Virus record (IMG/VR): IMGVR_UViG_2585427591_000001 | Coordinates: 1-64,000 of that record | Origin: a virus | Lineage: Duplodnaviria > Caudoviricetes | Reading direction: 5' to 3' (one strand) | DNA: 64,000 nucleotides | In this document: one piece after another, positions 17,519 through 27,344 of the stretch | How positions within the stretch are numbered: the stretch's first letter is position 1 | How the letters are laid out: every line of letters begins with the position of its first letter | Notes under the pieces: generated by a model | The model's database searches: none | Told to the model about the DNA's origin: nothing | Seen by the model: the letters and a program-made list of their open reading frames with translations, nothing else | Made by a program: the position numbers and the translations under genes

Positions 17519-18280
17519 ATGATGATTCATTTTCATGGCGGGCCAATAACCCCCGATACGGCAGCTTTAAAGGCCTGGAAAGGGCGTCACGCTTTTATTT
17601 CTTTTGAAAACCCTGAGCAGTTGGCGTTGGCTAGCGAGGTCACTCAAAGTTTTGCTTTGGACAACGGTGCTTATTCAGCTTTTAAGAGGACCAAAGTTGG
17701 CAAAAAACATTGGCAACCATTTTACGACTTTGTGAAAAAGTGGATGAATCACCCGCGTTTCTCTTTTGCTGTAATTCCAGATGTTATAGGTGGAACAGCA
17801 GAGGAAAACGATGATTTGATCGCTGAGTGGCCCCACGGAAGTTTTGTTGGTGCGCCAGTCTGGCATATGAATGAACCAGATGAGCGTTTTATTCGTCTTT
17901 GTCATGAATGGCCCCGCGTCTGTATAGGCTCTATGGGTGAATACGACGCAAAGAAGCCGCGCATGTGTAGGGCCAAATTACGAGATTTAATCAGCAATAT
18001 AGTTGATGAGAGCGGATATCCAATTTGCAAGTTGCATGGCCTGCGCATGCTGAACAAGGATATTTTTATGCACGTTCCATTGTCTTCCGCTGACAGTACA
18101 AACGTTGCAAGGAACATCGGAATTGACAGTGCGTGGAATAAATCGACCTATGCACCAGCGTCTAAAGAAACGCGGGCAGCAGTATTGGTGGAGCGCATAG
18201 AGGCCTACAACAGCGCCTGCGCGCTGAATTATGACGCAGTGAAAGACAGAATAACTACTCAATTGGCTTTTGAAATATGA
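17519..18280 (+). CDS. Putative TGT-fold (queuine tRNA-ribosyltransferase / DpdA-like) protein
   Basis: ALDNGAYS, IPDVIGG, PVWH, LHGLRM and SADSTN follow the order of TGT-barrel motifs; the fold call is inferred. Confidence 0.6.
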   Translation: MMIHFHGGPITPDTAALKAWKGRHAFISFENPEQLALASEVTQSFALDNGAYSAFKRTKVGKKHWQPFYDFVKKWMNHPRFSFAVIPDVIGGTAEENDDLIAEWPHGSFVGAPVWHMNEPDERFIRLCHEWPRVCIGSMGEYDAKKPRMCRAKLRDLISNIVDESGYPICKLHGLRMLNKDIFMHVPLSSADSTNVARNIGIDSAWNKSTYAPASKETRAAVLVERIEAYNSACALNYDAVKDRITTQLAFEI

Positions 18281-18474
18281 AAGAGATCATTGAGTTAAGC
18301 AAAAGGGCAAAGGGGATGCCACCAGATACAATCCTTACGATTAAGGCGGGTGATGCGGTGGCCATCTGCGCGGAATACCAAAAATTGAAAGCTGTACACG
18401 ACCAAAAATTAAAGGAATACAGTACAAATCGACAAAACAGCCCAGCATCTGGAGGCGCTGGAGGCAATGTGTGA
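18277..18474 (+). CDS. Hypothetical protein
   Basis: ATGA-coupled in operon. Confidence 0.55.
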   Translation: MKEIIELSKRAKGMPPDTILTIKAGDAVAICAEYQKLKAVHDQKLKEYSTNRQNSPASGGAGGNV

Positions 18475-18917
18475 TGACCATAAGGCGTTGATCAAGGATT
18501 TGTATCAGCGGCCTCGAAGTTGAGCCCCGCCATTTTAATGCAGTCATAGCCGCTGCAAACAGTATCTGCGCAGCGTTCCTCATCCCAGTGGTTAAGGCTT
18601 CCGAAGGAATGGGAATTATTGCCTGGCTGGAGAGCGATGACACCGGTTCAAGTAGCTTGTATATGGCCTCCGTGCTTAGCGGCAAACCCGGCAGCTACTC
18701 TAATCATTACCCGCGCGACCCGGCAGACTTTGGCCGTTGCATGCGCCTGATTAAGGCGGTCCCGTCGTTAAAAGCCGATATCGGCAAAATGGCGGATCAT
18801 GGCAAGCAGTGAAAGGCAGTTGCAGAAAACTGGGACACCTGGTGCCAGCTGTACGAAGGAGGCGACGGCAGCACGCTTTATGACGCCATGCAGGCAGCTT
18901 ATGAGGAGCCTCAATAA
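18467..18917 (+). pseudogene. Disrupted phage gene (DDTGxSS...YPRDPADFGRC family)
   Basis: Coding-like sequence continues through an in-frame TGA at 18810-18812 (HGKQ*KAVAENWDTW) to TAA at 18915-18917; the 5' end is out of frame with the RBS-led ATG at 18467. Confidence 0.7.
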
Positions 18918-19162
18918 TGGCGATTTGGATTGAATTGCGATGTGAAAAACGTGGTGAAGGCCGAGAAAAATGGAATGAGCCTTGTTGGTCCGACGAAAAC
19001 AACGGGCCGGGCGAAATGGCCGATGACACAAAAACGTCTGTAGAAAAAACACTGACCTTTCTGGCGACTGAGGCAAAAAAGGCTGGCTGGAAAAAGTTGA
19101 AAGAAGGTTGGGTATGCCCGTGTTGCCTGGCTCAAACCACCAAAGAAGCACAAAAACAATAA
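18917..19162 (+). CDS. Hypothetical Zn-binding phage protein
   Basis: Cys residues including WVCPCC; GAGGAG RBS. Confidence 0.7.
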   Translation: MAIWIELRCEKRGEGREKWNEPCWSDENNGPGEMADDTKTSVEKTLTFLATEAKKAGWKKLKEGWVCPCCLAQTTKEAQKQ

Positions 19163-19488
19163 TGACTTTCAATAACGAAATGGAAATCAAAATGGATCTG
19201 AATACCCGTATCGAAAAAATCCGTGTCGCCCATCTGGCACTTACCAAAGCGGCGCAGCATTTAGAAGCGACATTGCATGAGTGTCTGCCGGTTGGTACTC
19301 AACTCCGCATGCCGCTGGGCAACAGCCAGGCGCTGGATCTCGAAGTGGTGGTGATTCACTTCGGCGGCGATGGTATGCGTGCAATCAACCTGGGAACCAA
19401 CAAAAACCGCGGCGTAAGTGTTCACGCCTTACTCAATGCCCATAAGTTAGGGCGCGTATCGCTGCTGAAGGTGGCTCAGGAGGAATAG
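19162..19488 (+). CDS. Hypothetical protein
   Basis: TAATG coupling in operon. Confidence 0.65.
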   Translation: MTFNNEMEIKMDLNTRIEKIRVAHLALTKAAQHLEATLHECLPVGTQLRMPLGNSQALDLEVVVIHFGGDGMRAINLGTNKNRGVSVHALLNAHKLGRVSLLKVAQEE

Positions 19489-19593
19489 CGGCCATGGGCA
19501 GATTTAAAATGGTGTATTGCCACAAAGTCAGTAAACAACCGACTTTGTGGTTCAATCCGGTTCGCTTTAACGCTGGCCCGGACAAAAGGATCC

Positions 19594-19617
19594 GCCGCTG
19601 CGTAAGCGGCTTTTTTT
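19594..19617 (+). terminator. Intra-operon intrinsic terminator
   Basis: GCCGC-TGCGTAA-GCGGC-T7. Confidence 0.7.
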
Positions 19618-19647
19618 ATGGACGCATAAACGCATAGGAGCCTCAGC

Positions 19648-20148
19648 GTGACTGATAGAACTGATATTGCAGATATTGCTGCTGAAATGCGCGTAAATGC
19701 AGTGACGCGCATTCACAACGGCGGTTATCCAGAGATCTCCGTAAATGCCGCCAATCTTGTGCGGCTTATTGACCAACTTTATGCAGAACGGCAACGGGCT
19801 GATTATGGTCAGAAAGTTATCGACCAGCGCAACGGTGAGTGTGACCGTTTAATTAAAGAGCTCGCTCTGAAAGGTAAGCAATTACCTTATGGTTATTACG
19901 GTGCGGAAACCGAGGTGATTTTAAAACAGCAAGGCCACGCGAATATTACCAATGAGCCGGGAGGTAATTGGCAGTTCCCGTTATTCACCGGCCAGCAAAA
20001 GCCGATCATGATTTCGGAAGGATTCCATCCCGACGGGGATACGGATTGCGGGCGTGTAGTGGACCTGGCGGAAATCATCGCTGCAATCGAGTCCGCATGT
20101 TGCATTTACCAAATTGGTGATCCCACCGAAAAGGCGGGTGATTCATGA
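19648..20148 (+). CDS. Hypothetical phage protein (Ead/Ea22-like modular)
   Basis: AGGAG RBS; GTG start. Confidence 0.7.
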   Translation: MTDRTDIADIAAEMRVNAVTRIHNGGYPEISVNAANLVRLIDQLYAERQRADYGQKVIDQRNGECDRLIKELALKGKQLPYGYYGAETEVILKQQGHANITNEPGGNWQFPLFTGQQKPIMISEGFHPDGDTDCGRVVDLAEIIAAIESACCIYQIGDPTEKAGDS

Positions 20149-20543
20149 CCCCCACTCAAAGAAATAAGTCTGATAAGGCCCTGAAGGCCGCCGCCCTGAA
20201 AGCCACGCAGGACGAGTGGCAGGCCTTTACCAACATCCGCAGCGGTACCTGTGCCGTACACACCCCGCGCGACAAAGGATGCTGCGATATCATTGACTGG
20301 CCGGGTTTTGATGGCGCGGCCGGCAGTAAAAGGCAAAAGGTGGCCAATGCGAAATACATTGCCCTGGCTAACCCGCAGACGGTCCTGAAACTGCTGGAGC
20401 GTGTAGAGGTGGCCGAAGCGAAAGTGGTGGCGCTTGAAGCAAGCCCGTCCCCCGCCGCGGGGGCGAAAATCGAGCTCTTGTTAGAGGAAATTAAAACGGT
20501 TCTGCGTGACGCCATCGCCGGTACCGAAAAAAGCGCACACTGA
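20145..20543 (+). CDS. Ead/Ea22-like family protein
   Basis: ALKAAALKATQDEW...ANAKYIALANPQTVLKLLERVE. Confidence 0.8.
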   Translation: MTPTQRNKSDKALKAAALKATQDEWQAFTNIRSGTCAVHTPRDKGCCDIIDWPGFDGAAGSKRQKVANAKYIALANPQTVLKLLERVEVAEAKVVALEASPSPAAGAKIELLLEEIKTVLRDAIAGTEKSAH

Positions 20544-20593
20544 AATAAAGGCCCAGTCCTCCGCTCATAATTATTCAGAAAGGAATCGACACT

Positions 20594-20887
20594 ATGCCCA
20601 CAAGGATTGCAGCACCACATCTCGATATATCGACACTCCGCGCCGCTGCAAAGACATTTTCCAGCACTTACGACGCGCACCTTCTGAGCCCAGACGACGT
20701 GGGGAAATTAGCCGCTTGGGATAAAGCTTCGCTGAATTTCAACCAGCTGATTGAAAACCACGAACTGGACATCATTCTGCTCATCCTTTTACGGCTTGAG
20801 ACTCTGGAGGAAGCCACGGGGCTTAAAAGGGGCTTAATCACGCAGCCTGACGACCTGGCTGGAATTGCTAAGGAACCCGCGTTATGA
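20594..20887 (+). CDS. Hypothetical protein
   Basis: AAGGAA RBS; coupled to next gene. Confidence 0.7.
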   Translation: MPTRIAAPHLDISTLRAAAKTFSSTYDAHLLSPDDVGKLAAWDKASLNFNQLIENHELDIILLILLRLETLEEATGLKRGLITQPDDLAGIAKEPAL

Positions 20888-21315
20888 CAACAAAACCGAA
20901 AAGCAGTGATTGGAAACTGGACCATTCAACACCCGTCCCCATTCTGGTTTATAAATCCTGCAGCGTCATTGAGTCAGAAGTAGCGGAGTACGTCTTACGG
21001 TTGATCCGCGAAGACGATGCCAGAACCAACGGCAAGGCCGCGTTAATCTCTCTTTCTGATTGCGAAGCCTCGTTTTGCCGGCTGGCGCAGGCAAGGGACC
21101 TTAAAACCGACGGCACACCCATGACAATGGTCCGGCGGGAAGATATTCACGCGGTACTGACGGCATTGGAAGAAAAGGATCGCGAACTGGCAGCGCTTAA
21201 ACGCCAGGCGTATTGGGCTGCGGTATCTGCAAACAACCCTGAGTGGGAAGCGCGGGAACTGATCGAAGAATATGACCGCAACATTACTAAAGGAAGAGCC
21301 GCATGCCAGATATAA
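20884..21315 (+). CDS. Hypothetical protein
   Basis: Coupled in operon. Confidence 0.7.
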   Translation: MTTKPKSSDWKLDHSTPVPILVYKSCSVIESEVAEYVLRLIREDDARTNGKAALISLSDCEASFCRLAQARDLKTDGTPMTMVRREDIHAVLTALEEKDRELAALKRQAYWAAVSANNPEWEARELIEEYDRNITKGRAACQI

Positions 21316-21818
21316 CCGAGCATCAAATTGGGCTTATGCAACACGCGCTGGGGATCAACGAAAACCACCGCGAGCCATACCGAAATCACTTTCTGGCCAG
21401 TGGTGGTAATAGCGCTAACGCGGACCTGGAAGCGCTGGTTGCGGCAGGCCTTATGACCTCATGCGCCGCGCCGTCTTTTTGTGCGGCTGGTGATGTGTCG
21501 TATAGCGTCACGGCAGCTGGCCGGCATAGGGCAATCGCAGCCCTGCCAGCGCCCAAAAAACGCACCCGTTACGACGATTATCTAAGGTCAGAGGTCTGCG
21601 AGTCCTTTGGCGAATGGTTAGGAATCAATCTGCCTAAGTATGAGTTCCGCTCAAATTACGGAAAAGATTACGGATACAGGATGTATCGCCAGTCTGACTA
21701 CTTCGGAAACGGCGGTATCGAGGGGGAGTGGTGCCCCACCAAAAAAGAGGCCAAGGCCAGTTATAAAAAAGCACTTGAGGCGATGAAAGGAAACCGAACC
21801 CTGCAGGAGTTTGCATGA
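21303..21818 (+). CDS. Hypothetical phage protein
   Basis: LMQHALG...PYRNHF...TKKEAKASYK. Confidence 0.75.
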   Translation: MPDITEHQIGLMQHALGINENHREPYRNHFLASGGNSANADLEALVAAGLMTSCAAPSFCAAGDVSYSVTAAGRHRAIAALPAPKKRTRYDDYLRSEVCESFGEWLGINLPKYEFRSNYGKDYGYRMYRQSDYFGNGGIEGEWCPTKKEAKASYKKALEAMKGNRTLQEFA

Positions 21819-22171
21819 CTGATAAAACCGATAAATTAATGTTGAAAGACCACGAAATCAGACAGTTGGTAAACGAATTACGCGACGCGGCGATTGCTTA
21901 TGCTGGCGCTGATTCGCTGCGTGGCGCGTTGTCCCGCATCGTTAAAAGGTATGTCACCCACGCAGGGGAAGTGCGCCAGCGTACCGAGGATGGGGGGCAG
22001 GGATTGTCTCCTGAACCGGTGGCAGTCATCGATAAGCGGAGCACATCAGGGTTCATGATAACGAAGTACGGGCGGGATCTGGATCTGCCACACGGTACCG
22101 AGTTATTCGCCAAAATTTCAAAGGCTATCCCTCGCAGTAGTAATGGGGAGGATAGTAAAGACATCAGATAG
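21815..22171 (+). CDS. Hypothetical phage protein
   Basis: LKDHEIRQLVNELRD module; AGGAG RBS. Confidence 0.7.
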   Translation: MTDKTDKLMLKDHEIRQLVNELRDAAIAYAGADSLRGALSRIVKRYVTHAGEVRQRTEDGGQGLSPEPVAVIDKRSTSGFMITKYGRDLDLPHGTELFAKISKAIPRSSNGEDSKDIR

Positions 22172-22275
22172 TTAACCCATGTCGATGACGCTAATGTTGC
22201 CGACATCATCAGCGCAACAAACCCGTAGCCAGCAAATTGCTGGTTTTTTTACGTCTGAATAAAAGGATCCACCGT

Positions 22276-23196
22276 ATGACTAAGGCAAACAATGAGACGT
22301 TAACTGACAGTAACGTACCTGTAATAAGTGATTTTGTGCTTCGCATGATCGGCGAGTTTAAAGAGCTTGATGATCGGACCACTAAATTAGGCATCTTCAT
22401 TGCTGATAACCCTGTTTACCAATCCCTGGTTGCTGAAGAGCAGGATTTAATGAAGGTCCAGCAAGAAGGGATGCTCGTCTACAGCAACGCCCTTAAGGCA
22501 CGCCTTGAGCGTATAGGCGTTACAAGCATTCCAGATATGCCGTTACCAGTTGACCAGCTGAAAACTGAGTTATCTGAATTATCCGCCCTGGTGGAACGCC
22601 AGAAAGCGGAAATTCTGGATCTCACTCATCAACTCGCAGCGAAAACCATTACCGACCAAAACATTCTTGAAGCGCTCAGTCTGATACCGACAGAGACAAA
22701 CAGCCGCGTAGTGATTGATTACGTGCTGGCGCTGGTGGCTGAGGGCGTTGCCATGCGGTCTGGGGCAACTTATTTCAGCTACGGCACGGATGCGGGTTAT
22801 GAAGAGCATCCGACCGCTGAGCAGGCCAGGGAAGCCGCCAAAGACGATATTGATGGCTACCGTGACGAAGCGATTGACGGCTGGAGTGATGAGGTCTCGC
22901 GAGTCGTCTGGGGTGTGGTGCTGGAGCGCTCAACGATGACCGGCCTTAGCAAGCGTACTGATGAAGACTCCGCTGATAAGTCCATTGAGGAAATCTGCGA
23001 TTACGAATTACAGCCAGAGGTAGAAACCCCCGCAACGGTCAAAACGATCGCCGACATTGGCGCGAAGGCGATCACTGAGGCCGCATTCAGCTATCACGAA
23101 AAAGCGTACGTGGCATTTGAGGGAAGCGCCGAACCCGGCCCTTACATCCGTGCTGACCTGCAACAGTTCGCGGCCAGCTGGCGCATAGGGAAATAA
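22276..23196 (+). CDS. Multi-module hypothetical protein (crAss001_48-like N-terminal helical hairpin)
   Basis: RMIGEFKELDDRTTKL...EQDLMKVQ...YSNALKARL; AAGGA RBS. Confidence 0.7.
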   Translation: MTKANNETLTDSNVPVISDFVLRMIGEFKELDDRTTKLGIFIADNPVYQSLVAEEQDLMKVQQEGMLVYSNALKARLERIGVTSIPDMPLPVDQLKTELSELSALVERQKAEILDLTHQLAAKTITDQNILEALSLIPTETNSRVVIDYVLALVAEGVAMRSGATYFSYGTDAGYEEHPTAEQAREAAKDDIDGYRDEAIDGWSDEVSRVVWGVVLERSTMTGLSKRTDEDSADKSIEEICDYELQPEVETPATVKTIADIGAKAITEAAFSYHEKAYVAFEGSAEPGPYIRADLQQFAASWRIGK

Positions 23197-23253
23197 CCAT
23201 TAGGCATATTCAGCCGGTCTGATGGCCGGCCTTACTTTTGCGAAGAGAAATGG

Positions 23254-23673
23254 ATGAAACTGACCAAATCCCAGCGCACTGATCTGAGGGAGCTCTTTGG
23301 CGGCCGCTGCGCGTATTGCGGCGAACCATTACCTGAGAAAGGGTGGCATGCGGATCACGTTAAAGCAGCGCTGCGAAAGTGGCATTACGGCGAACGGCGA
23401 CCCGACGGTACCCGGAAAATCATTTTCACCGGGGAATGCTGGAATCCTGAACATGACACGCTCGATAACATGGTCCCCGCCTGCGCGCCCTGCAATCGGT
23501 TCAAAGCAACTTTCGGGTTAGAAGCCTTCAGAGAAGAGCTATCTCATCAACTCGAACGTGCGAGAAAAACCAGCGTCAATTTCCGTATGGCAGAACGATA
23601 CGGCCAATTGCAGGTTACCCAGTCCCCGATCGTCTTCTGGTTTGAAAAATACAGCCAAGGAACAGCGCTATGA
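23254..23673 (+). CDS. HNH endonuclease
   Basis: GGRCAYCG...WHADH...NMVPACAPCNRFK. Confidence 0.9.
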   Translation: MKLTKSQRTDLRELFGGRCAYCGEPLPEKGWHADHVKAALRKWHYGERRPDGTRKIIFTGECWNPEHDTLDNMVPACAPCNRFKATFGLEAFREELSHQLERARKTSVNFRMAERYGQLQVTQSPIVFWFEKYSQGTAL

Positions 23674-24317
23674 CATACCGTTTCTATCTCCTGTGCGTGC
23701 GGGATACCGTGGGCACTAACGCATCATTCCACTGTAAAAATGGTGCCGGATACAGCACAAACATCGATAAAGCCCACGTCTACACGCTCAGTGAAGCACA
23801 ACACGCCTGGGACAATGGCCGGAGTATCGAGCTGCCACTTTCTGCCGATGCCGTTGATGCCCTTTCCGTGCTTCACGTTGATCACCAGGTCATCCCATGC
23901 AAAACAACGCAGGAAGAGGGATGCACCGAGTATGTGGCCTTTGTGAAAGGGCGCTGGGACGGGAATGACCTTTACTGGCTTAGCGACGGTTCCCTGCCGA
24001 CCACCGATTTCAGCAAAGCCACCATTTACCCCGCGGTGCGCCCGGCAGACATGGACATCGTATGGCTTCCGTATCACCTGGCTGGCGCTGTAAAACGCCG
24101 CACGTTCAATATCAACCTACTCGACAGCCGGAAGATGATCCAGGGTGCAGGCCTGCGCATGCCTGAGCATGTTAAGCGCCAGCGCCGGCGCGAACGAAGA
24201 CCCGCCACCGGCAAGGTACGCTGGAATTGTCCTGTGTGCGGGAAAATCAGCTGGCAGTTCAGCCCCTACGACTTTGACGGGTGCCTGAACTGGTCATGCG
24301 AGGGACATAAATCATGA
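23670..24317 (+). CDS. Hypothetical phage protein with C-terminal Zn-ribbon
   Basis: GYSTNIDKAHVYT, WDGNDLYW, CPVCG...CLNWSC. Confidence 0.75.
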   Translation: MTYRFYLLCVRDTVGTNASFHCKNGAGYSTNIDKAHVYTLSEAQHAWDNGRSIELPLSADAVDALSVLHVDHQVIPCKTTQEEGCTEYVAFVKGRWDGNDLYWLSDGSLPTTDFSKATIYPAVRPADMDIVWLPYHLAGAVKRRTFNINLLDSRKMIQGAGLRMPEHVKRQRRRERRPATGKVRWNCPVCGKISWQFSPYDFDGCLNWSCEGHKS

Positions 24318-24694
24318 AAAACAGCATGAGCCGTGCCCGGAAAAAACTGACGACCGAGGCAAAGAAATTGCTTATAGCCCTTACGCCTCAGTTTCACGAA
24401 GAAGAGTTTGCGCTCGAGTATTGCGACTATGCACAAACAGACGTGTGGGAGCACTGGTCCTCATCAACAAATGAAAACGGCACTGAATGGGACTCTAAGG
24501 ATGCCATGATCTGCCTTATGGAGCGTTTCGAAGATGAGACGCGTGACTGGAAAGGGTTTTTTAAAGCATCGGAAGAAAACGGATACGAAAATTTTGACGT
24601 CGAACCCTTCAGATCGCCTTACCGAAACTTGACGGCCGCGGAGGTTATTTCTCATTGTCGCAAGCTGGCAAAGGCCGGGGTGAGGTGGAAATGA
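24314..24694 (+). CDS. Hypothetical protein
   Basis: Coupled in operon. Confidence 0.7.
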   Translation: MKNSMSRARKKLTTEAKKLLIALTPQFHEEEFALEYCDYAQTDVWEHWSSSTNENGTEWDSKDAMICLMERFEDETRDWKGFFKASEENGYENFDVEPFRSPYRNLTAAEVISHCRKLAKAGVRWK

Positions 24695-25110
24695 CAAAGC
24701 TAACGACAACGAAGGGACAGCGTTTAGAGCATGCAAACCAGCTGATCCAAATCATCTCCTCGCACGGCCGGCGATTCTTCTACTCAGACAAGACGAAGAG
24801 AACAGCCTTCTTTTTCCTCAACCATAACAGCCGTGTCTACTTTGTGGATGAATACACCGGCAAGGCCATTTATACCCACAAAACAACGTTCACGAATAAG
24901 TGGAGCGGATTTTCACACGGTGGAACGCTGCGTGCCCTGGTAGAGGCCATGCGGGATTACATCGTGAAAGGTACCCACCTGGATCCTTATGACCTGGGCC
25001 CGGAGCGGCGTAACACAGATGACGGAAATATCTGGGGCTATCCCACCGCCGTGCGGCGTGAGGCAGCACTACTGCCGATTATCATGAAAGATAAGGAATC
25101 ATCGTTATGA
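24691..25110 (+). CDS. Hypothetical phage protein
   Basis: ISSHGRRFFY...WSGFSHGGTLRALVE...NIWGY. Confidence 0.75.
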   Translation: MTKLTTTKGQRLEHANQLIQIISSHGRRFFYSDKTKRTAFFFLNHNSRVYFVDEYTGKAIYTHKTTFTNKWSGFSHGGTLRALVEAMRDYIVKGTHLDPYDLGPERRNTDDGNIWGYPTAVRREAALLPIIMKDKESSL

Positions 25111-25391
25111 TTGAGACAACAGATATCAAGGCGCTGCGTGAGGCGCACAACGTAGTTACCGTGACTATTTCCGGCCCTGTAGGGTGTGGGAAATCTGCCA
25201 TCTATGGCGAGCTGGAAATAGCCCTTCGTGCAATGGGCATTCCAGTTGTCCATGCCGACCCAAAGGCTGCTGATTACGAGAAGTGGGCCACTCATGCAGA
25301 CTGGGCTAGCGAGTTGGAAATCTATAACCCTACGGTTGTTTTGGTTGAGAAAATCGAAATTAACTCGAGTGCAAAAGGCGGCGCTCAATGA
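25107..25391 (+). CDS. Small protein with Walker A motif
   Basis: VTISGPVGCGKSAI. Confidence 0.7.
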   Translation: MIETTDIKALREAHNVVTVTISGPVGCGKSAIYGELEIALRAMGIPVVHADPKAADYEKWATHADWASELEIYNPTVVLVEKIEINSSAKGGAQ

Positions 25392-25473
25392 CAACTACAA
25401 CAGTAATGCGGAAGCATTGCCCTCACTGCGGGATGTGTGCAATGTGTTGCGTGTGCATTTGGGGGAGGCGTAA

Positions 25474-26772
25474 ATGACAACTACAACCACCCACACTATC
25501 AAGCAGGCCCGACCTTCAGAAGCAGAGATGCAGTTGTTATGGAAGCTGTACCGTGCATCACAACGTGTCGATAACCGTTGGGGAGGTATCAGCGTCAGTG
25601 AAATGAACGAGGAGTTCCAACGGATTGTGCCTGACCGGTTTAACCAAGGCGTCGATCGGGAGCACCGCATGTTTTTCCTGCGCGCTTGGCAAGTCCTGGT
25701 CTGTAGTGGCGGCTTCGGGCGCATCATAGGCGCGCTCGATACTTACATTGAAAATATGCAGGATCCAGACGCAGATCATCTGAAATGGAAACCTGAACTC
25801 ATTAAGCAGTTCAATGATGCAGAAATACTGCCTGTTATTCATGAGGCTTATGACGAAGCACGACAGCATAACGACGAGCTACAGGCGGCCAAGAGCACCC
25901 TTGAACAACTTGGCTATACGTACACGGCTGGCGCTGAGAAATGGCAGCCACCGCTGGGAAATAAACCAAACCTTGAGCATTTAAGTTTCCCTGCAGACCT
26001 CCTCCCAAATACTAAAGACCTGGTTATAAACTTCGCTAACGCAATGGGCGCAAAGCTTTATGCATCGGAGCAAAAATACGATTGGTCAGAAGGTTGGATG
26101 GAAGGCAGCTGGAAGGATATATGCCAGGCGGAATTGCATAAGCATCTCAGTAAAGGGGACCCGGTAGACGTCGCTAACTACTGCGCGTTTATGCATTACC
26201 ACGGGTGGCCAACAACTGCGGCCCCTTTAACGAATGAGGAACCGGTAGGAGAGATCGTGGCGTGGGCCGGTACTCAACTGGATAAAGGGATCACGCGCAA
26301 TATTGATTTCAGGTTCCATCGTTTTGATGTCGCGCCGGGAACTCTCCTGTATGAAGCCCCGTTGAATATTGCGATAGACGAAGACCATGCATTCAATAAG
26401 TGGCTTGCCAGCGATTATTCACCGGATGGTAGCGGCCATACGAGCCAGGCAGACGAGCAGAGCTTTATTGCTGTTTTAAGACACGTCTGGATGGCGCGTG
26501 CTGGAATATCAACCAAGCCTAATGCCACACCGCCAGAAAAACTGCCTTGCTGCGTTTTAATGCCCGGATTAAGGCTTGGCAAAGGCCTGCCAACCAGAAT
26601 GTTATTAGAAGCCCTTGTTCGTCGCACTGCTTTCCTTGCTGAACAGGAATCAATGACACCTGAACAACGTTTGGAACAGCAGGTACATCGAGAGAAATTC
26701 GAATCGTTAACCGGCTTAAAGCGCGTTGCCCATTGTGACGCCTGCGGCAGTATTCTGAAAGATATCGAGTAA
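25474..26772 (+). CDS. Multi-module hypothetical phage protein
   Basis: KGDPVDVANYCAFMHYHGW module resembles the dATP/dGTP pyrophosphohydrolase-like helical domains of phage Eaa/Ead proteins. Confidence 0.7.
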   Translation: MTTTTTHTIKQARPSEAEMQLLWKLYRASQRVDNRWGGISVSEMNEEFQRIVPDRFNQGVDREHRMFFLRAWQVLVCSGGFGRIIGALDTYIENMQDPDADHLKWKPELIKQFNDAEILPVIHEAYDEARQHNDELQAAKSTLEQLGYTYTAGAEKWQPPLGNKPNLEHLSFPADLLPNTKDLVINFANAMGAKLYASEQKYDWSEGWMEGSWKDICQAELHKHLSKGDPVDVANYCAFMHYHGWPTTAAPLTNEEPVGEIVAWAGTQLDKGITRNIDFRFHRFDVAPGTLLYEAPLNIAIDEDHAFNKWLASDYSPDGSGHTSQADEQSFIAVLRHVWMARAGISTKPNATPPEKLPCCVLMPGLRLGKGLPTRMLLEALVRRTAFLAEQESMTPEQRLEQQVHREKFESLTGLKRVAHCDACGSILKDIE

Positions 26773-26784
26773 AGGGGCTGGCGC

Positions 26785-27135
26785 ATGACAACTGAAACAG
26801 AAGACGAGCTGGCAAACGTCGTCTTGTTCCCCGTTAAACATGCTGACCCCATGCAGGACGTGGGCCACATCTACGAACGGGCGCAATACTGCCGGCATCC
26901 GGGCATGTATGTAAACGAGCAGGAACGCCAATGCCGGTGCCAGAAATGCGGGGCCGTATTGGACCCGTTCGACTACCTGTTATCTGTGGCAAAGCGTGAA
27001 ACAACGATGGCCGGCAATATTAATGCGCTGCGAGAGGAAGAGAGGAGCCGGCGCGAAAATATTGAAAAGCTGATCGTCATTGAACGGAACGCAAAGGCCC
27101 GCATACGGCGCGCGCAACGCGCTAAAAAGGACTGA
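26785..27135 (+). CDS. Hypothetical Zn-binding phage protein
   Basis: CRH...CQKCGAVLDPFD. Confidence 0.75.
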   Translation: MTTETEDELANVVLFPVKHADPMQDVGHIYERAQYCRHPGMYVNEQERQCRCQKCGAVLDPFDYLLSVAKRETTMAGNINALREEERSRRENIEKLIVIERNAKARIRRAQRAKKD

Positions 27136-27137
27136 AA

Positions 27138-27344
27138 ATGGAAGAAGTCTCAGAACAGTTATTCAATGCCATTGTCATCAACTCCAATGCTGATCTCTGC
27201 TGGCTAAAAACGGGGGAGGCGGCATGGCAGCTAAACGGGATGTTCATTGCTAAAAAGGTACCGCGACGCAGCAAGTATAAGTTTGCTCAATATTGGGTTA
27301 CCACAGAAGCAATAGCACTGTATTCAACGAAGGAAGGGGAATAA
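27138..27344 (+). CDS. Hypothetical protein
   Basis: AAGGA RBS. Confidence 0.6.
   Translation: MEEVSEQLFNAIVINSNADLCWLKTGEAAWQLNGMFIAKKVPRRSKYKFAQYWVTTEAIALYSTKEGE

Noticed and set aside
25107-25391. Walker A protein as a partition ATPase
   Set aside because: Only 94 aa and lacks the ParA deviant Walker A lysine and the rest of the fold.
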